DNA of 64,000 nucleotides from Podarcis pityusensis (taxonomy: Eukaryota), in NCBI GenBank assembly GCA_964106645.2, contig OZ067039.1; one strand, written 5' to 3'. The translations under genes were made by a program, and so were the position numbers. The notes under the pieces are model-generated. The model saw only the letters and a list, made by a program, of their open reading frames with translations. It searched no databases and was not told where the DNA came from. Shown here in pieces: positions 50,158 to 62,922 of this stretch; position 1 is the stretch's first letter, and every line of letters starts with the position of its first letter.

Positions 50158-50301
50158 TCATAGACTCTCAGAGTTGGAAGGAACTGAGAGGGTCATCTAG
50201 TCCAACCCCCTGCAGTGTAGGAATCTTTTACCCCACATGGGGCTTGAACTCACAACCCTGAGATTAAGAGTCTCATGCTCTACTGACTGAGCTATTCCAG
50301 C
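50158..50301 (-). mobile_element. SINE with tRNA-Lys(CTT)-derived head and CR1 3' tail
   Basis: Minus strand reads tagctcagtcagtagagcatgagactcttaatctcagggttgtgagttcaagcccc (tRNA-Lys-CTT-like) fused to cagggggttggactagatgacc...cttccaactct. Confidence 0.88.
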
Positions 50302-50587
50302 TATAGATTTTGCATATGGTGTGCATCAATTGGAGACCCATACCTGGTACAGGTGGAGAGGAGCAAGCTTCTAATTCCCTCAATTATGAAAATATTTGTG
50401 GAGATTTCACAACATGGCAGACGTGGATAGGCTGGCAGCAAAATACACACATGCAAGCAACACACATCTCTGTATGACTAAAAAGTAACAGAAGCAGCCT
50501 TGGGTCTCTTGAGGAAGGAGGGGGGGGGAAGCAGGATTGTAAAGAATGAAGACATATCTACAGGCAAGCTGAGTCTTCCACCTACCA

Positions 50588-50590
<3 letters not shown>

Positions 50591-50626
<36 letters not shown>
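50591..50626. repeat. (CA)n microsatellite
   Basis: Direct reading. Confidence 0.95.
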
Positions 50627-50629
<3 letters not shown>

Positions 50630-50718
50630 CTTATGAACCCACAGGAATATATAATTATATTGGGTATCAAGCAGACTGTGCCAAACTAGTATTCCATGAT
50701 AATGAAGCAGGCAGGTTA

Positions 50719-50956
50719 GAGAGTTTGGATTTGATATCCCGCTTTATCACTACCCGAAGGAGTCTCAAAGTGGTTAACATTCTCCTTTCCCTTCCTCCCC
50801 CCACAACAAACACTCTGTGAGGTGAGTGGGGCTGAGAGGCTTCAAAGAAGTGTGACTGGCCCAAGGTCACCCAACAGCTGCATGTGGAGGAGTGGAGACG
50901 CGAACCCGGTTCCCCAGATTACGAATCTACCGCTCTTAACCACTACACCACACTGG
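50719..50956 (-). mobile_element. Young Squam3/MIR-like SINE
   Basis: Reverse complement of 11895-12131 with few substitutions; retains CpGs. Confidence 0.9.
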
Positions 50957-51952
50957 TTAAGGGAAAGTGAGATGTACTATCATTCCCATTGGAAAGCCTT
51001 GTTACAACTAGTTTCAGTCAGCAAACTGCAGCCACTGAAGTGGGATGATACGCCATGCTAAAGAAGTTCTAGTGCACTGAGAACTATCAGGAGATCCAGA
51101 GTTCTCTATGTGCTTTTTTACTGTCCCTCACTAAGGTTTTTCTTCTGCTCCTCACCCCCATTCATAACCTGCCAGCTAGGCTGCAACTCAAGTTCATTCA
51201 GAAACACATTCTCACCCATCCCTAGGTCTGTGTCCTCAACTCAAAAGACAACGATAAAAAACCCCCACAATGATATAAAAAACCCAAGACATCCATTTTG
51301 ACATTGGTGAAGAAAACCAACAGCCCAAGAACAAGCCGTTTGTGGCATCTGCCAAGGGAACACCTAGTTCTAACCTCCAGCAGGGGTATCACACTACTTG
51401 TAGCCAAAAGCAATTTCAGGGACATGAAAGCCAGTGATGGGGTGTCTCATAGCTTCAAAACAATTTCCTATATTGGAAACACATGTTCCTGGGAGAAGGG
51501 GAATACATGAGGCAGACTTCTAGGCACCGATTACCATGCAAGCAGCAGGGCGAGAGGAAAGCTGCGGGGCGCCATTAGACGGGCAGTCTAATGTTTCAGT
51601 GGCTACATACGTGGGAAAGAGAAATGTAGATTTACACACTGACTCCCAGTGAAGGTGTGTGAGTGTGTGGAGCAGGTCCTTTACATGCTGGGAATCAGCA
51701 CCTATCGCAGAGCCCTAACAGAAAAGGGGTGTGAGCACAAGGGTGTCTCAAAATAGTGCTAACAGGGTTTTAAGGCCTGTTTGAAGCCAGGGACTGACTA
51801 TTGCCAGCATTTGCCATGTTCCAAATAAGAATATTTATTCACATTAAGACTCAGGACCAACTGGTGGAATTTGGTCTTCATTCATGATCTCTTATTTATT
51901 TTTTATCCTGCCCTTCCTTCCTCTAAAGGTTAGTGTTTGCCAGGTTTTATGG

Positions 51953-52144
51953 CAGAGCTTTCCAAACTTTTCATGTTGGTGACACACTTTTTAGACATGC
52001 ACCATTTCATGACACAGTAATTCAGTTTTACAAGCAAACTGGAGGTTAAACTAAATCCCTTCCAGCCCTGGGAGGAGCGCGGGGAGCATTCAGATGACAC
52101 ACCTACACACTAACATATCGTGACACAGAGTTTGGAAAGCTCTG
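51953..52144. mobile_element. hAT-type MITE
   Basis: Perfect 16-bp TIR cagagctttccaaact/agtttggaaagctctg; degenerate 8-bp TSD ttttatgg/gttgatgg; sits inside an old MIR-like fragment. Confidence 0.88.
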
Positions 52145-52481
52145 GTTGATGGTGTACCCCCTCTTTTCCCCCTATGAGGTAGGTTACCTTGAGAAACAGG
52201 TGAGCGAGGATTTGAACCTGGCTCTCAAAACAGCCCAATATTCTAACCGTCACACCCTATGAATGTTCCGACTCATGAACTGCAAAAGGAACCCCTGTTT
52301 GAGAAAGTTCAGCATAAAGAAAAAGGTACTAAGAAACCAATGTCAAGGAGACCCCCCCCCCCCAAAAAAGGGACTTGTCAGTAGCAGACAAGTAAGTATC
52401 TAGAATCTGGGGCATGAGATTTATTTGCTCTGCTCCTCCTGGAGACAGAGAGGTGGTGCAGTCCAAAAGGAGGATACGTAC

Positions 52482-52619
52482 GAGTGACCGGTGGCTGGGA
52501 TGAAGTATATACAGCAGTGGACTCTGGTATCTGGTATCCGCTTCTTCCGGTTAATATTAAGCTCTTCCTGGAGGTACTTCTCATATTGATCATTGATGAA
52601 CTTCATAATGGGTTGCCAA
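52482..52619 (-). CDS. SEPTIN9: Septin-9 exon (WQPIMKFINDQYEKYLQEELNINRKKRIPDTRVHCCIYFIPATGHS)
   Basis: Septin DTRVHCCxYFI motif; cag|T acceptor, TC|gtacgt donor; 138 bp. Confidence 0.98.
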
Positions 52620-54740
52620 CTGTGCAAGGGGAAAATGCCATGTTTGAAATAAAAGAAACTATGTCTGTGCACGATTATTCAGACTACACACACATACAAC
52701 CTTTGCATGCTGCTAAATGCACTTACATGGAAACAAGTACCAATGAAATCATGTGAGGACTGAAATGGGGAAGGGGTTAGTGTAGGGACCTGACCAAATC
52801 CATATACTTTAAATAGAATCTTCTACATGCTCTGGGTGAAATCCATGATCACCCTGGAGCAGGAGTTATATGTATGTGGTAGTGTGTTCCAGGTTCCCCA
52901 TGACTTGGAGAGCTCTTGAGCCCACTTTCTGAATATCAGAGCTCAGAAGAAAATACGTAAGAACTGGAAGGCGGTTGAAGCATCTCCCACCACATAACAG
53001 CCTATGTCTTTTTGTCAAGACAGAAATCCATGGAATGATCAGTGTTGGCATTTGAAGAGTTGTAAGAAGAAAAAAGCAAATCTAAAACCTGATCAGAAAT
53101 AGACTTTGACAGAAACAAGAACCATTCAGCCTCTCAAGAGAAGCTATCTTTTCCACTGTAAAATAATAGTTTCAAAATCCACAAACTTTTCCCAATCCTG
53201 GGAAAAGATACACAACCAAGTAGTTACTATTTTATTTTCATTCCCTTCTCTGAACATTCCTAATATTCAACTAACCCTGTGCACTAGCAGAGATCCGTGC
53301 AAAGGCTCCTGCTAGTGCAATAGGGCTTTCTTCCCTCCTCCTCCTATGCCTCCCCCAGAACAAGGTGCAAGGGGAGGGGAGATTATTCTGTCCAGCAAGC
53401 AGAAAAGCTTGCACTGACAGGATGATCAGAAGACGCTGGATTCCTCCCATTATATTTGCCCTTTTCACCCCTGCAGCCAAGGCTTTCGCCAAACATGTAT
53501 AACTTCGACTCCTTGTTTTAATGTTCCTTACTTTGTACTTACTAATATTGAATGTCATCTGTTACTACTTTGCACACAATTAAGAAGTCTGGAATTCTTA
53601 GCGGTCTCCTTTGGATCTGCTATCCCAAATAACATGAGATCACTGGCAAACATGCCAACTTCCATCATCGTACGGCAGGTTTCCTAGTGAGGCACATTCC
53701 CTCCCTAGCCTTTTCTCACAGATTGCCTTCAGTGGATCAGCAGGCAGTTAGACAGCCTATCTTTGGTTCAGACGCAGCACAGCTGCTCCCCGGGTTTGCA
53801 TGCACAATTTCCTCGTCGCTTCCTATGCATGGCAGTGCATTCTGCATTAGGGCCTTTGTTCTGCAGCAGCACATAAACAACATTGTGTGTTCCTAGGGGG
53901 GCATCTCTCCCTGTGATCTTCTGCTCCCTTCGCTCTGCTCTGTTTGCTTACAGAATTGTGGTTTAGGGATGAGATCTGAAGCTGATTTGCATTAGCTGCA
54001 TTTGGGAAGGTTTAGCCATTTTGACTTTTGAAAGTTGACACCATTTGACACTCCACATCACTTACAAAGTAGTTAAAAATATGATTATGCATTCTTTCAA
54101 CTATACTTCCCCTACCCATATAAGCCACACAGAGCACAGATATGGCCCTTGTTTAGCGATGCATCAGGGCATCACAGGAATAAATCTATCACAGCTGTCC
54201 CTTGAGAAACTTAATTAGGAAGATGATCCTCAGGAGTAGGCACTTGCAAAGTTCCAAGCCTGTACAGCTTTGTCTTAGCATATTTGCTAGTTATGAGAAC
54301 CCTCTAGAGAATCCTGGCAGAATTTCTCCCCCACCAGTTCTGCCTCCGTAAAATGGGGAAAAGCTGAGTAATCTAACTCTCTTCCCAAATGGGAAGAACA
54401 TCTCCTTTGGAAGCAACCAGTAAAGATAAAATCTTTTCTCTCTAACATCAAGATACTACCACTATTTTTACCAAGATTGAATTATTCCTTCCATATACTT
54501 CATAGTCCAGAAACACAATCAGCCCAATAGGATAACTTTTTTGCACCAGTCAACTAAAACCCAAGGCAGACCTTGTTAAAGTGATGCTGCATGGAGTCCA
54601 CACAAACATGCACCCCCCCCACTACCTTAACTGCCAGCTTAATGCAGTCTACTGAAAAGCCTCCCACCCACCCCTTATCCTCCCTTCCAGCCTCTCCATG
54701 AGCAGTGGCCTGGAGAGTTTCTTGTTTGATAGCTACTCAC

Positions 54741-54822
54741 CAATTCTCATTGTTGATGTGGTCTCCAAATCCAGGGGTGTCAATGACAGTGAGTTTCATA
54801 CGAACACCCTTTTCTTCAATAT
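54741..54822 (-). CDS. SEPTIN9: Septin-9 exon with G3 motif ([28 protein letters not shown])
   Basis: DTPG motif; cag|AT acceptor, TG|gtgagt donor; 82 bp; not in the ORF track, translated by hand. Confidence 0.98.
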
Positions 54823-55088
54823 CTGAAACAGAATGCAAAGAAGGTAGGCAAGAAAATATCATCCTAGGATGAATGCAATTGGTGGTGGTGGGGCGGGGGT
54901 CCCTTCAGATACACATTGACATCAGAGCTGAAAAGGGTCACAGAACTTCCAGATGTTTCAGAAATTTTATACCCTAGTGAGCCAGTTGAACAGTCCTCTT
55001 GGCCCTGTTTCCCTGCCTCTTGACTGGCTGTTCTTCAACATCCCCATCTCCCCCCAAAGCAACCCCATGATCTCTTGGAAAAGCTCAC

Positions 55089-55217
55089 CATGTGTGATTG
55101 ACTTGATTTCAATTGTCTTGGGAATGCGCTCTTCAGGACTTGGCTGCACAGATTTGCGACTGATTTTGGATTTGAAGAGGGTGTTGATTAGAGTAGATTT
55201 TCCCAGGCCACTCTGAC
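55089..55217 (-). CDS. SEPTIN9: Septin-9 exon with P-loop (GQSGLGKSTLINTLFKSKISRKSVQPSPEERIPKTIEIKSITH)
   Basis: G1 motif GxxGxGKS; cag|GT acceptor, CATG|gtgagc donor; 129 bp. Confidence 0.98.
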
Positions 55218-55311
55218 CTGAAAGGCAACAGGAGGCACAAATATCAGAAAACCCTTCTGTTTCACTATTTATATCACCCCCACAGTACAAATTCAAACTG
55301 TGTTCATTGAG

Positions 55312-55366
<55 letters not shown>
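55312..55366. repeat. Compound (CA)n(GA)n microsatellite
   Basis: Direct reading. Confidence 0.95.
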
Positions 55367-55371
<5 letters not shown>

Positions 55372-58300
55372 AACGATGCCTCAGCTATTGGCTGCAGCAA
55401 ATCTAATCATGTTGATTTTGCCCTCTTTGGCTGAGAAAGATCAGCTGCTCCCACAATAAAAGGCTTTTGGGAATATGTTATGTTTGATGCTGTGTACAAA
55501 ACAAACCATCTGAATTTCAACTGGATCTGCAAATTAGCTTGCTAAACAACTCCCTTCTTTTAATTTTCCCCAGCATGCACAAAAGAAGCTAAAATTTATG
55601 AAGAAACAAAAATTGAGTCACCTTTCATTCAGCCAATAGAAATCAAAATAAAGAATACATTTGTTCATAACATGTTTGATTTCCGCCCTTCACTTTTGCT
55701 GCAAATTTGGTTTCTTTCTTTTAATTGCTGTAGTTTACAAAGCTAAAATTTGGTCCAGGCCCATTTTCTGTCAAGCTCAGAATACGTTCTGTAGTGTAGA
55801 GGTTCTTGTGAACCACTTCAAGTTGGCTTTCTCCCAGTAGCAGGTTTCCCGCCAGCTAAGTGAAAGAGGTCTGCTTCAAGGAGATTTCCCTTCAAATACT
55901 GCTTTCCAACTGATACCCAGCATTCCCTGGTTCCTGGTGTCCAACCTTGGCTACATCCCCCCCCCCCCGAGAAAAAGCATGCTGACAGCTCCATCTTGCT
56001 TTTCAGTGACTCCATGTGGCTCCATTTCTGTCAGAATGTGGACACTGAGTTCACTTTGATATGTATGGAAGAGGGGGGAAAGTGAACACATCTCAGTTCT
56101 AAGAGCAATTAGCTTTCTTCTCAGTCAAGAAAAAACCCTGACTCCATCCTGCTACAAAGGAGAGAGAGAATGGGGCTATATTTCTGAAAACTATCAATGG
56201 ATAGCAATAACCCAGTATTAAACTAAAACACTTATAGGTGGTACTGGAAATATACTGTAGCCATCTCCCACAGTCCTAAATTCAGGTCAAATTTCTAACA
56301 GGCAGAAAGGGAAAGAAAAAGAAAGAAAGAAAAGGCAATGGAGGAAACACTTGAGTAAGTCTTACTTAGATAAGGGCTGTTGCAAAGGATTCTCACAAGT
56401 GGTTAGTCTACATGGGGAGTCTACATAGGGAGAACCCACAGTCACAAGGGATCATTGCAGCTACTTTTAAATATCAAAATGGGAGCCCCCTGCAGAGGCA
56501 TTTTAAAACAGTTAACCTAATGCCTACCCAATCCTTCCAGCCTTCACTTCATCCTCATGGTCTAAAAGCAAGAAATAAATCAGAATGTGCTGCCATAGCT
56601 TATTTCCTAAAGCAGATTTCCCCAACCTGGTGCCCTCCATATATTTTATACTACAGTCACTATGGGACAAACACAGTCAAAAATATCTGGAGGCCATAGA
56701 CTACCTAATAGTTTGGTTCCTCTTTCACTAAGCCTCTTAAATTGATTTTTTTTAATTTAAAAAATCCCAGTTGGTAATTCTATTAGATTTCATATATGTA
56801 GTGTTGTTTCAGATGGTTTTTATATATGTGATGGTTTTGACTGTTTTTAAATGTACTATTGTTCTAAATATGTTATTTATTGTATTGAGAGTCACTTTGG
56901 GGTCCCACATGGGAAGTGATTTATAAATGACATGAAAAATAAATAGGTAGAAGGGTCATCAACAGAGCAATGGATTAGCAAATGCTAATCTCCTCTGATG
57001 CTCTGGTTGACTTGGAAATGTGAGCTGGCGAATAAGAAGAAAGAGGCTGGTTAGAAGCACTAGGGATGAGTAACCCACCCACCCTACAAAAAAACATATG
57101 CAAGCACCATACAGAACGAGTGTATAGAACTAATGGTATGGACCAAAGTGCTGCCATTACTGCACCAATCAGCCTTTCACGTCCTGTTTCATAGCACTAG
57201 ATTTAGAGGGGTGTTTTTTAAAAAAACCAATCATGATATACAACAGAGGAAGTCAACATGGTGGGCTCCAAAGCTTATTGAATGACAACTCCCATCATTC
57301 CTGACTATCTGATGTTAATTGGAGTCCAACAATATGTGGCGAACACCACATTGGCTACTCTTCTGCTGTAGAAAAACACACAGGTAGGGGACACACACAC
57401 CCCAATTTCAAACATCTGGCTGAGTTTTCAGGCAACCATGTAAATGAAGATATTTAAAGCTGACCAGACAGAGTTTTATTTAACTGTTAAAGGAGGGAAA
57501 GAATCCAGAATTGCTGGATTGGCTTCATCTAGGAGCAGACAGGAAGTTGGAAGAGATGCAAGGCAAAGGGATTACTGAACAATAGAGGCATTTACTGACA
57601 GTGCAATCCTATTCAGAAGTCAAGTCGTTTAAATCAGTGGAACCTATTTCGATGTCACACTCAAGAGACCACCATGCTTATGATCTCTACAGCCAAGACC
57701 TCAGAATGTGGGATTCTCCTCTGTTAAATTGCTAATTGCAGATAACATACAAGGTGAGGCATATCAGTTCATATGGGAGGCATACACTTAATGCAGAAGG
57801 AACAAAGACATTATGAACCTGAATTCATTGTATTATGGACTATGAATGGGCTTTCTGTTGCAAAGAAAAGAGATGAAAAGACTAGGAAACAAAGGTTGTC
57901 CAACCTTAGAGCTGCATTAATCATTTTTCTTTTCCTCAGCATCAACTCCCTTCGTAGTATCTATTACGATAAATTCAGCTTCATAATGTCTTTGTTCTTT
58001 TCATGTTACGGGTATATGCCCACCATGTGAACTGATAGCTGCAAACATTCATCCTAAAGAGCCAGTGAAACTCTAATTCTTTCAGAGAGATTTCTCTAAG
58101 GATAAGCCACAGCACAAGATTGACTGTGTGGAGTAGCCAGTTTTCATATTTCTACCCAACTCGAGAGTGAATTGCAAGACAGGCAGCTTGCAAACCAAGG
58201 GAAGAGAAATCCCAGATAACTTGAGTTGTCTGGGATCGATATACATCTACTCCAGATATATTTGCCACAGAGCAGATGCACGCAAATTTACAAGGCTGAA

Positions 58301-61149
58301 AATAAATAAATAACAGCCCCAGGGAAATGCTGCAGTTTTAATTCAGCAGACAATTTTGTTGATTCTGCAAAATATCCACATATGCACAAATACACACATT
58401 GGAGTGAATCCAACTCAGTCTTCCAGGGGTACAGTCAAGCTGCTGTGTGAACAGGAATGGTTATTTTATAGGTCTCAGAAGAAACAAGGGAAGCAGATTT
58501 ATTCCTGCCTCTGTCTGCATCAAACCACAAATAACGACAGAAGAATCCCAAACTGAACGCTTCACTTCCTAAACGTTTTGAGTTGGCTCAGCCAAACCTG
58601 CACACCAAGCCATTGCTAGGAGATGAAACACAGTACTCTTTAAAAATTCAAATATTTGTTTCCATTCAGTTCATTCAATGAGGACTTTGGGACAGAACCC
58701 TGTGCTTTTAATTCAAAATAAAATCTAGCTACCTCAGTTTGTTTGCAGCTACCATCTTTAGCCCATAGCCGGGGCTAAATATGGGTTAAAATAACATAAA
58801 TACAAACTGTAATAAAATTCCCCAAAGAATGCACACCTATTATTTAAAAAATCCTAGCAAGAAGGCACACAGACGCAAGTATTGACTTGGTAAATGGGCT
58901 GATTTTGGTCAGGGAGCTGAGAAGAGCAGGAAACCTTAGCAACGTTCAAAACTTTATTTAGGTTTAGAAATTAGCACTTTGCTTTTGTTGCGTAAAATTT
59001 GCCTTTAGACAACCAGTTGATAAAAGTTTGGGTGCATTCACTTATCCTACAAATCTGGGGGTAACACCAAAGGTGCTACATGCTGTTGAAGATCCACCAC
59101 TAAATTCTGGAGGTTTCCAGCTGATATGTCTCTCTTCTCCATCTTACAGCAGGAGGAACATCTCCACAACAAGAGCCAGGTAGCAGATAACATGAAAGAC
59201 CCTTTCCCTATGACCCTGGAGAACTGCTGCAAGTCAAGAGTAGACAATACTGGGCTAGATGGACAAATAACCAGACAAATCAAAACAGCATGGCTTGTTC
59301 CTCTGCAGCTGGAACTCCCAACAGGAAGTCAAGCCATGTGCAAAGGCAGACTAACACAGAATGGCTCAATGCATCTCTGTGCATTTTGCTGGACTTCTCA
59401 TGTACACAACGTATGTGTGCACATAATAAGTTCAGCATGACTAATAGATTAAATCTTAGAACTAGCTTTTATACAGAGAAAATCTCCCTGAGGCCTCATT
59501 GCAGCCATACATTAGGACTCAGGTTACATTGTCCTTTTGCACACCTGGGGTTGGACTACTAGCTTTCTTAAGCAGGCCACATGCTTCATCTTTGACTCAC
59601 CACAGCTTGCCATAACGAGGCAATTGAGTTCCTTCCTATCCCTTGAAATAGCAGTGACATAGAAGGCTAGAATATGAAGCAGACTGATTGGCAGTTAGTC
59701 TTAATTATGTGATTTCCCCCCTTCCTTTCTGAACCTGCGACCTATGCACCACTTTTGCTTAATGCCATAAACTCAGCAATGCTATAAATCCAGCCCATTC
59801 TCTCATTCAGAATTCCAGAATAATTATTCGATATACTGTAGAAGCCAGTCCAGCTGGCAGGCAGTCAGCCCAGACTCAAAAGTAATGCCAGCTCCCCCTG
59901 GTGTCATTCTAATTACAGCACTTGAATAATGTGTCATTTTTTTGTTCTTTCCGGCTAATTAATTAGAAGTTGGCACTTCACAAGAAGAGTTCCAGGATTG
60001 TGAAAAATGAAAGCGTTCTTCTTTGCACTGTCCTGCAGAACTGACGGCCTCTTAATTCCCAAGTGAAGCCTCTTGTGGACAGAGCACAAGAGGAGTGACA
60101 TCATCACAGAGGAAGATCTGACAAAGCAAGAAATATTAGAACTGTGTCCAGTGAACTTCATAAAGGCAATGAGCCCCACCTTTTTTCCCAGAGTTATGAG
60201 CAGTGAGTGGCTGTCAAGTGGAGGGAAAACACATCCCTTTTTCCAAAGCATGAGAGAATACAGTAGGCATTTCCTCCAACCTGGGATTCATAGATCAACT
60301 GCGAGATAGTGTATGCAAAAATGTTGTGTCTAGATGTTCAGAAGGGTCAGGGATAAGCTGGTGTCTTCCCTAGTTCCTCCCACTTTGTGACTACACAGAC
60401 CTCTCTTTCTCTCATATACACACACAACACTGAGCAGGAACCAAGAATGCACTAATTTGTGTTTTAAGCAAGCCACACAGATTTGCAGCACAGCCTTCTG
60501 TTGCAAGTCTTCCATGCCACTTCTTCCCAAACCATCAGAGAATCCAATTGTAAACAAAGAACCTGTAGTGAGGTCACATTTAGTCCTAAAAATGGAAATA
60601 AGCCCCTGTAGGGCTACTTATCTCTTGCAAAACTTCAGCAAGCAACCCCACCCTCATCATCACCAACCAGTTGAAAGGGCTGGGGCACTAGAAGAAATCA
60701 GAGTACTTTCTGGAGAGGAGAATAGGGGAGGTAGAGAAGGTTTGATGGTCCCAACCAATTCATCAATGTATCAGCAGGCGATAGGGCAATTTTTCCAGTG
60801 GGTGTCTTTTTTCCAGGGGTATGATTTAGCAGTCCCAAACAATCAATGACAAATGCAATACAGCTATTCTGGCTGCAGCAACAGAATCAAACTATTAAAA
60901 GGTACAAGTTCTTGCTCTTTTGACATTCCAGTCAGGACAAAGAAGCTTATTAGAGGAAACACACGGTCACCTTGACATTCAGCCCACAACACGCGTGGAA
61001 TTAGTTTCGAAATGCATTTATCAAATCTGATAACTTTAGAATTCCCAACTCTTACTAAGCCCTCTGTTGCAAGGATACATAGAGAAAATAATTCTCTTAA
61101 GAAGCCATACAAGAAACAGGTTCTACCCCAATGCTGCAGCATATGCAAG

Positions 61150-61760
61150 AACACCAGAAGACCCATCAAGTCCATAACCCTGTTCTCACAGTAGCCAACA
61201 CCAGGAGCTTATGAGAAGACCACAAGCAGAACATGAGCACAACAGCTCTCTATCCACTTGTAATTCCCAGCGAAGGGTATTCAGAGACATATTGCATCCA
61301 ACAGTGGAGGTAGGACAGAGCCACTAGCCTGTTCTGCATCTGTAAGAACTCAATTGTTTACCGTGGCAGCACCCACACATTGGAACTCGCTGCCAATTGA
61401 TAACAAGCAGGCGTCTTCACTCTATTCTTTTCAGTGCCTGCTAAAAATGTTCTTGCTTAGACAGCCTACCCAGATGCTTACAGATACTGATATGAATTTT
61501 AATCTGTTTTAGTATATTAACTTCTTGCACGTTTTAATGTATTGTAAATTTCCCGATTTTATATGTTTTTGTAAACCTCTGAGGATTTTTTTCAATCAAG
61601 TGGTATATAATTTTTGTGAAATAAATGAACAAATAAATAGCCTTATCCTCCATTCATTTGTCTAATCCTGTTTCAAGGCCATCCAAGCTGGTAGTCATCA
61701 CCACCTCTCTTGAGGGAGCCAGTTCCATAGTCTGACTAAAGTGAACCACATGGGAAGAAG
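61150..61760 (-). mobile_element. CR1 3' fragment split by an L2 tail insertion (~61331-61637, +)
   Basis: CR1-like ccttatcctccat...ttgtctaatcc...gccatccaagctggt...agttccatagt...gaagaag on the right, CR1 3' UTR-like sequence on the left, L2 tail ending aaataaat between; tagcct at both junctions. Confidence 0.7.
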
Positions 61761-61766
61761 ACTCAC

Positions 61767-61952
61767 CGACTACCATGATGTTGAACTCAAACCCTTGTTT
61801 CATGGCTTTCCTCCGCATCTGCTCCAAGATGGCATCTATCCCAACATAGGCAAAATCAGCAGCTGGTTTCTCTGTCCGCGTTGGTGGGGCTTGCTTGATG
61901 CCAGCATCTCGAGTGGCTTCCATCATGCTGCTTGGGTAGCTGGGAATGGCCT
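61767..61952 (-). CDS. SEPTIN9: Septin-9 coding exon (first in window; (E)AIPSYPSSMMEATRDAG...RRKAMKQGFEFNIMVV(G))
   Basis: Translation matches the SEPT9 polybasic region YVGIDAILEQMRRKAMKQGFEFNIMVVG; acceptor ttttcccttcag|AG, donor GTCG|gtgagt; 186 bp, phase 1/1. Confidence 0.96.
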
Positions 61953-62570
61953 CTGAAGGGAAAATGTAATGAATATCAATATATTATTTCTTTCTTTTTA
62001 ACCAAACAGTACAAACAAATAAAACATTGGGTCATTTCTTAGTAGCTGCAAGGAACAGAAACCAGGAAATTTGTTACTGCTTTTTAGACAAGATGGATGT
62101 TTAATAACAACAACCATGTCATTGTTGACTTTTCCACACCTAAAGATAGATTGGGAGTTATACTGACATGAGACAGGCACACCTCTGATGCCTCCAAAGT
62201 AACCTGCACACAGATCTGGATTCACTTGAGTGTTGGAAGAGACTAGTCTACAAAAGACTTGGTTTCCAATGGAACGAAGGGAAGCCTAGGTCTCCCCGAG
62301 GGGAGAAAGAAATGTGGCCCTATATAACAGTTGCTCTGAATACAGATATATTGATGAAAACAGATATATACAGATATTCAGTTGCATTGAATACTGTACA
62401 GAGACAGATGGAAGCAGAGTCCAAATGAAACTCTGAATTGTGTGAATATGGAACCTGAGGTCTTCTCAAAATCTGTGACTTTCCAAATGCCACATGTTGG
62501 CCTGAAAGTCCATCATTCAGGATGCAGTAATCACACATATGCATTATTATATATACATATATGCAGTATA

Positions 62571-62922
62571 GGTAAAGGTAAAGGGACCACTGACCATTAG
62601 GTCCAGTCGTGACCGACTCTGGGGTTGCAGCGCTCACCTTGCTTTATTGGCCAAGGGAGCCGGTGTACAGCTTCTGGGTCATGTGGCCAGCATGACTAAG
62701 CCGCTTCTGGCGAACCAGAGCAGCGCACGGAAATGCTGTTTACCTTCCCACCGGAGCGGTACCTATTTATCTATTTGCACTCAGGTGCTTTCGAACTGCT
62801 AGGTTGGCAGGAGCAGGGACCGAACAACGGGAGCTCACCCTGTCGCAGGGATTCGAACCGTGGACCTTCTGATCGGCAAGTCCTAGGCTCTGTGGTTTAA
62901 CCCACAGCACCACCCGAGTCCC
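62571..62922 (-). mobile_element. Full-length Sauria SINE
   Basis: Head gggactcgggtggtgctgtgggttaaaccacagagcctaggacttgccgatcagaagg, tail (ACCTTT)n; 13-bp TSD tatatg(c/t)agtata at 62558-62570 and 62924-62936. Confidence 0.95.

Noticed and set aside
50228-50301. Functional tRNA-Lys gene
   Set aside because: Acceptor stem does not pair, CpG-decay substitutions are present, and it is fused to a CR1 tail, so it is a SINE head
39604-61952. SEPTIN3 or SEPTIN12 identity
   Set aside because: EQMRRKAMKQGFEFNIMVVG, KSKISRKSVQP and THMQNIKDITSSIHFEAYRVKRLNE match SEPT9 specifically
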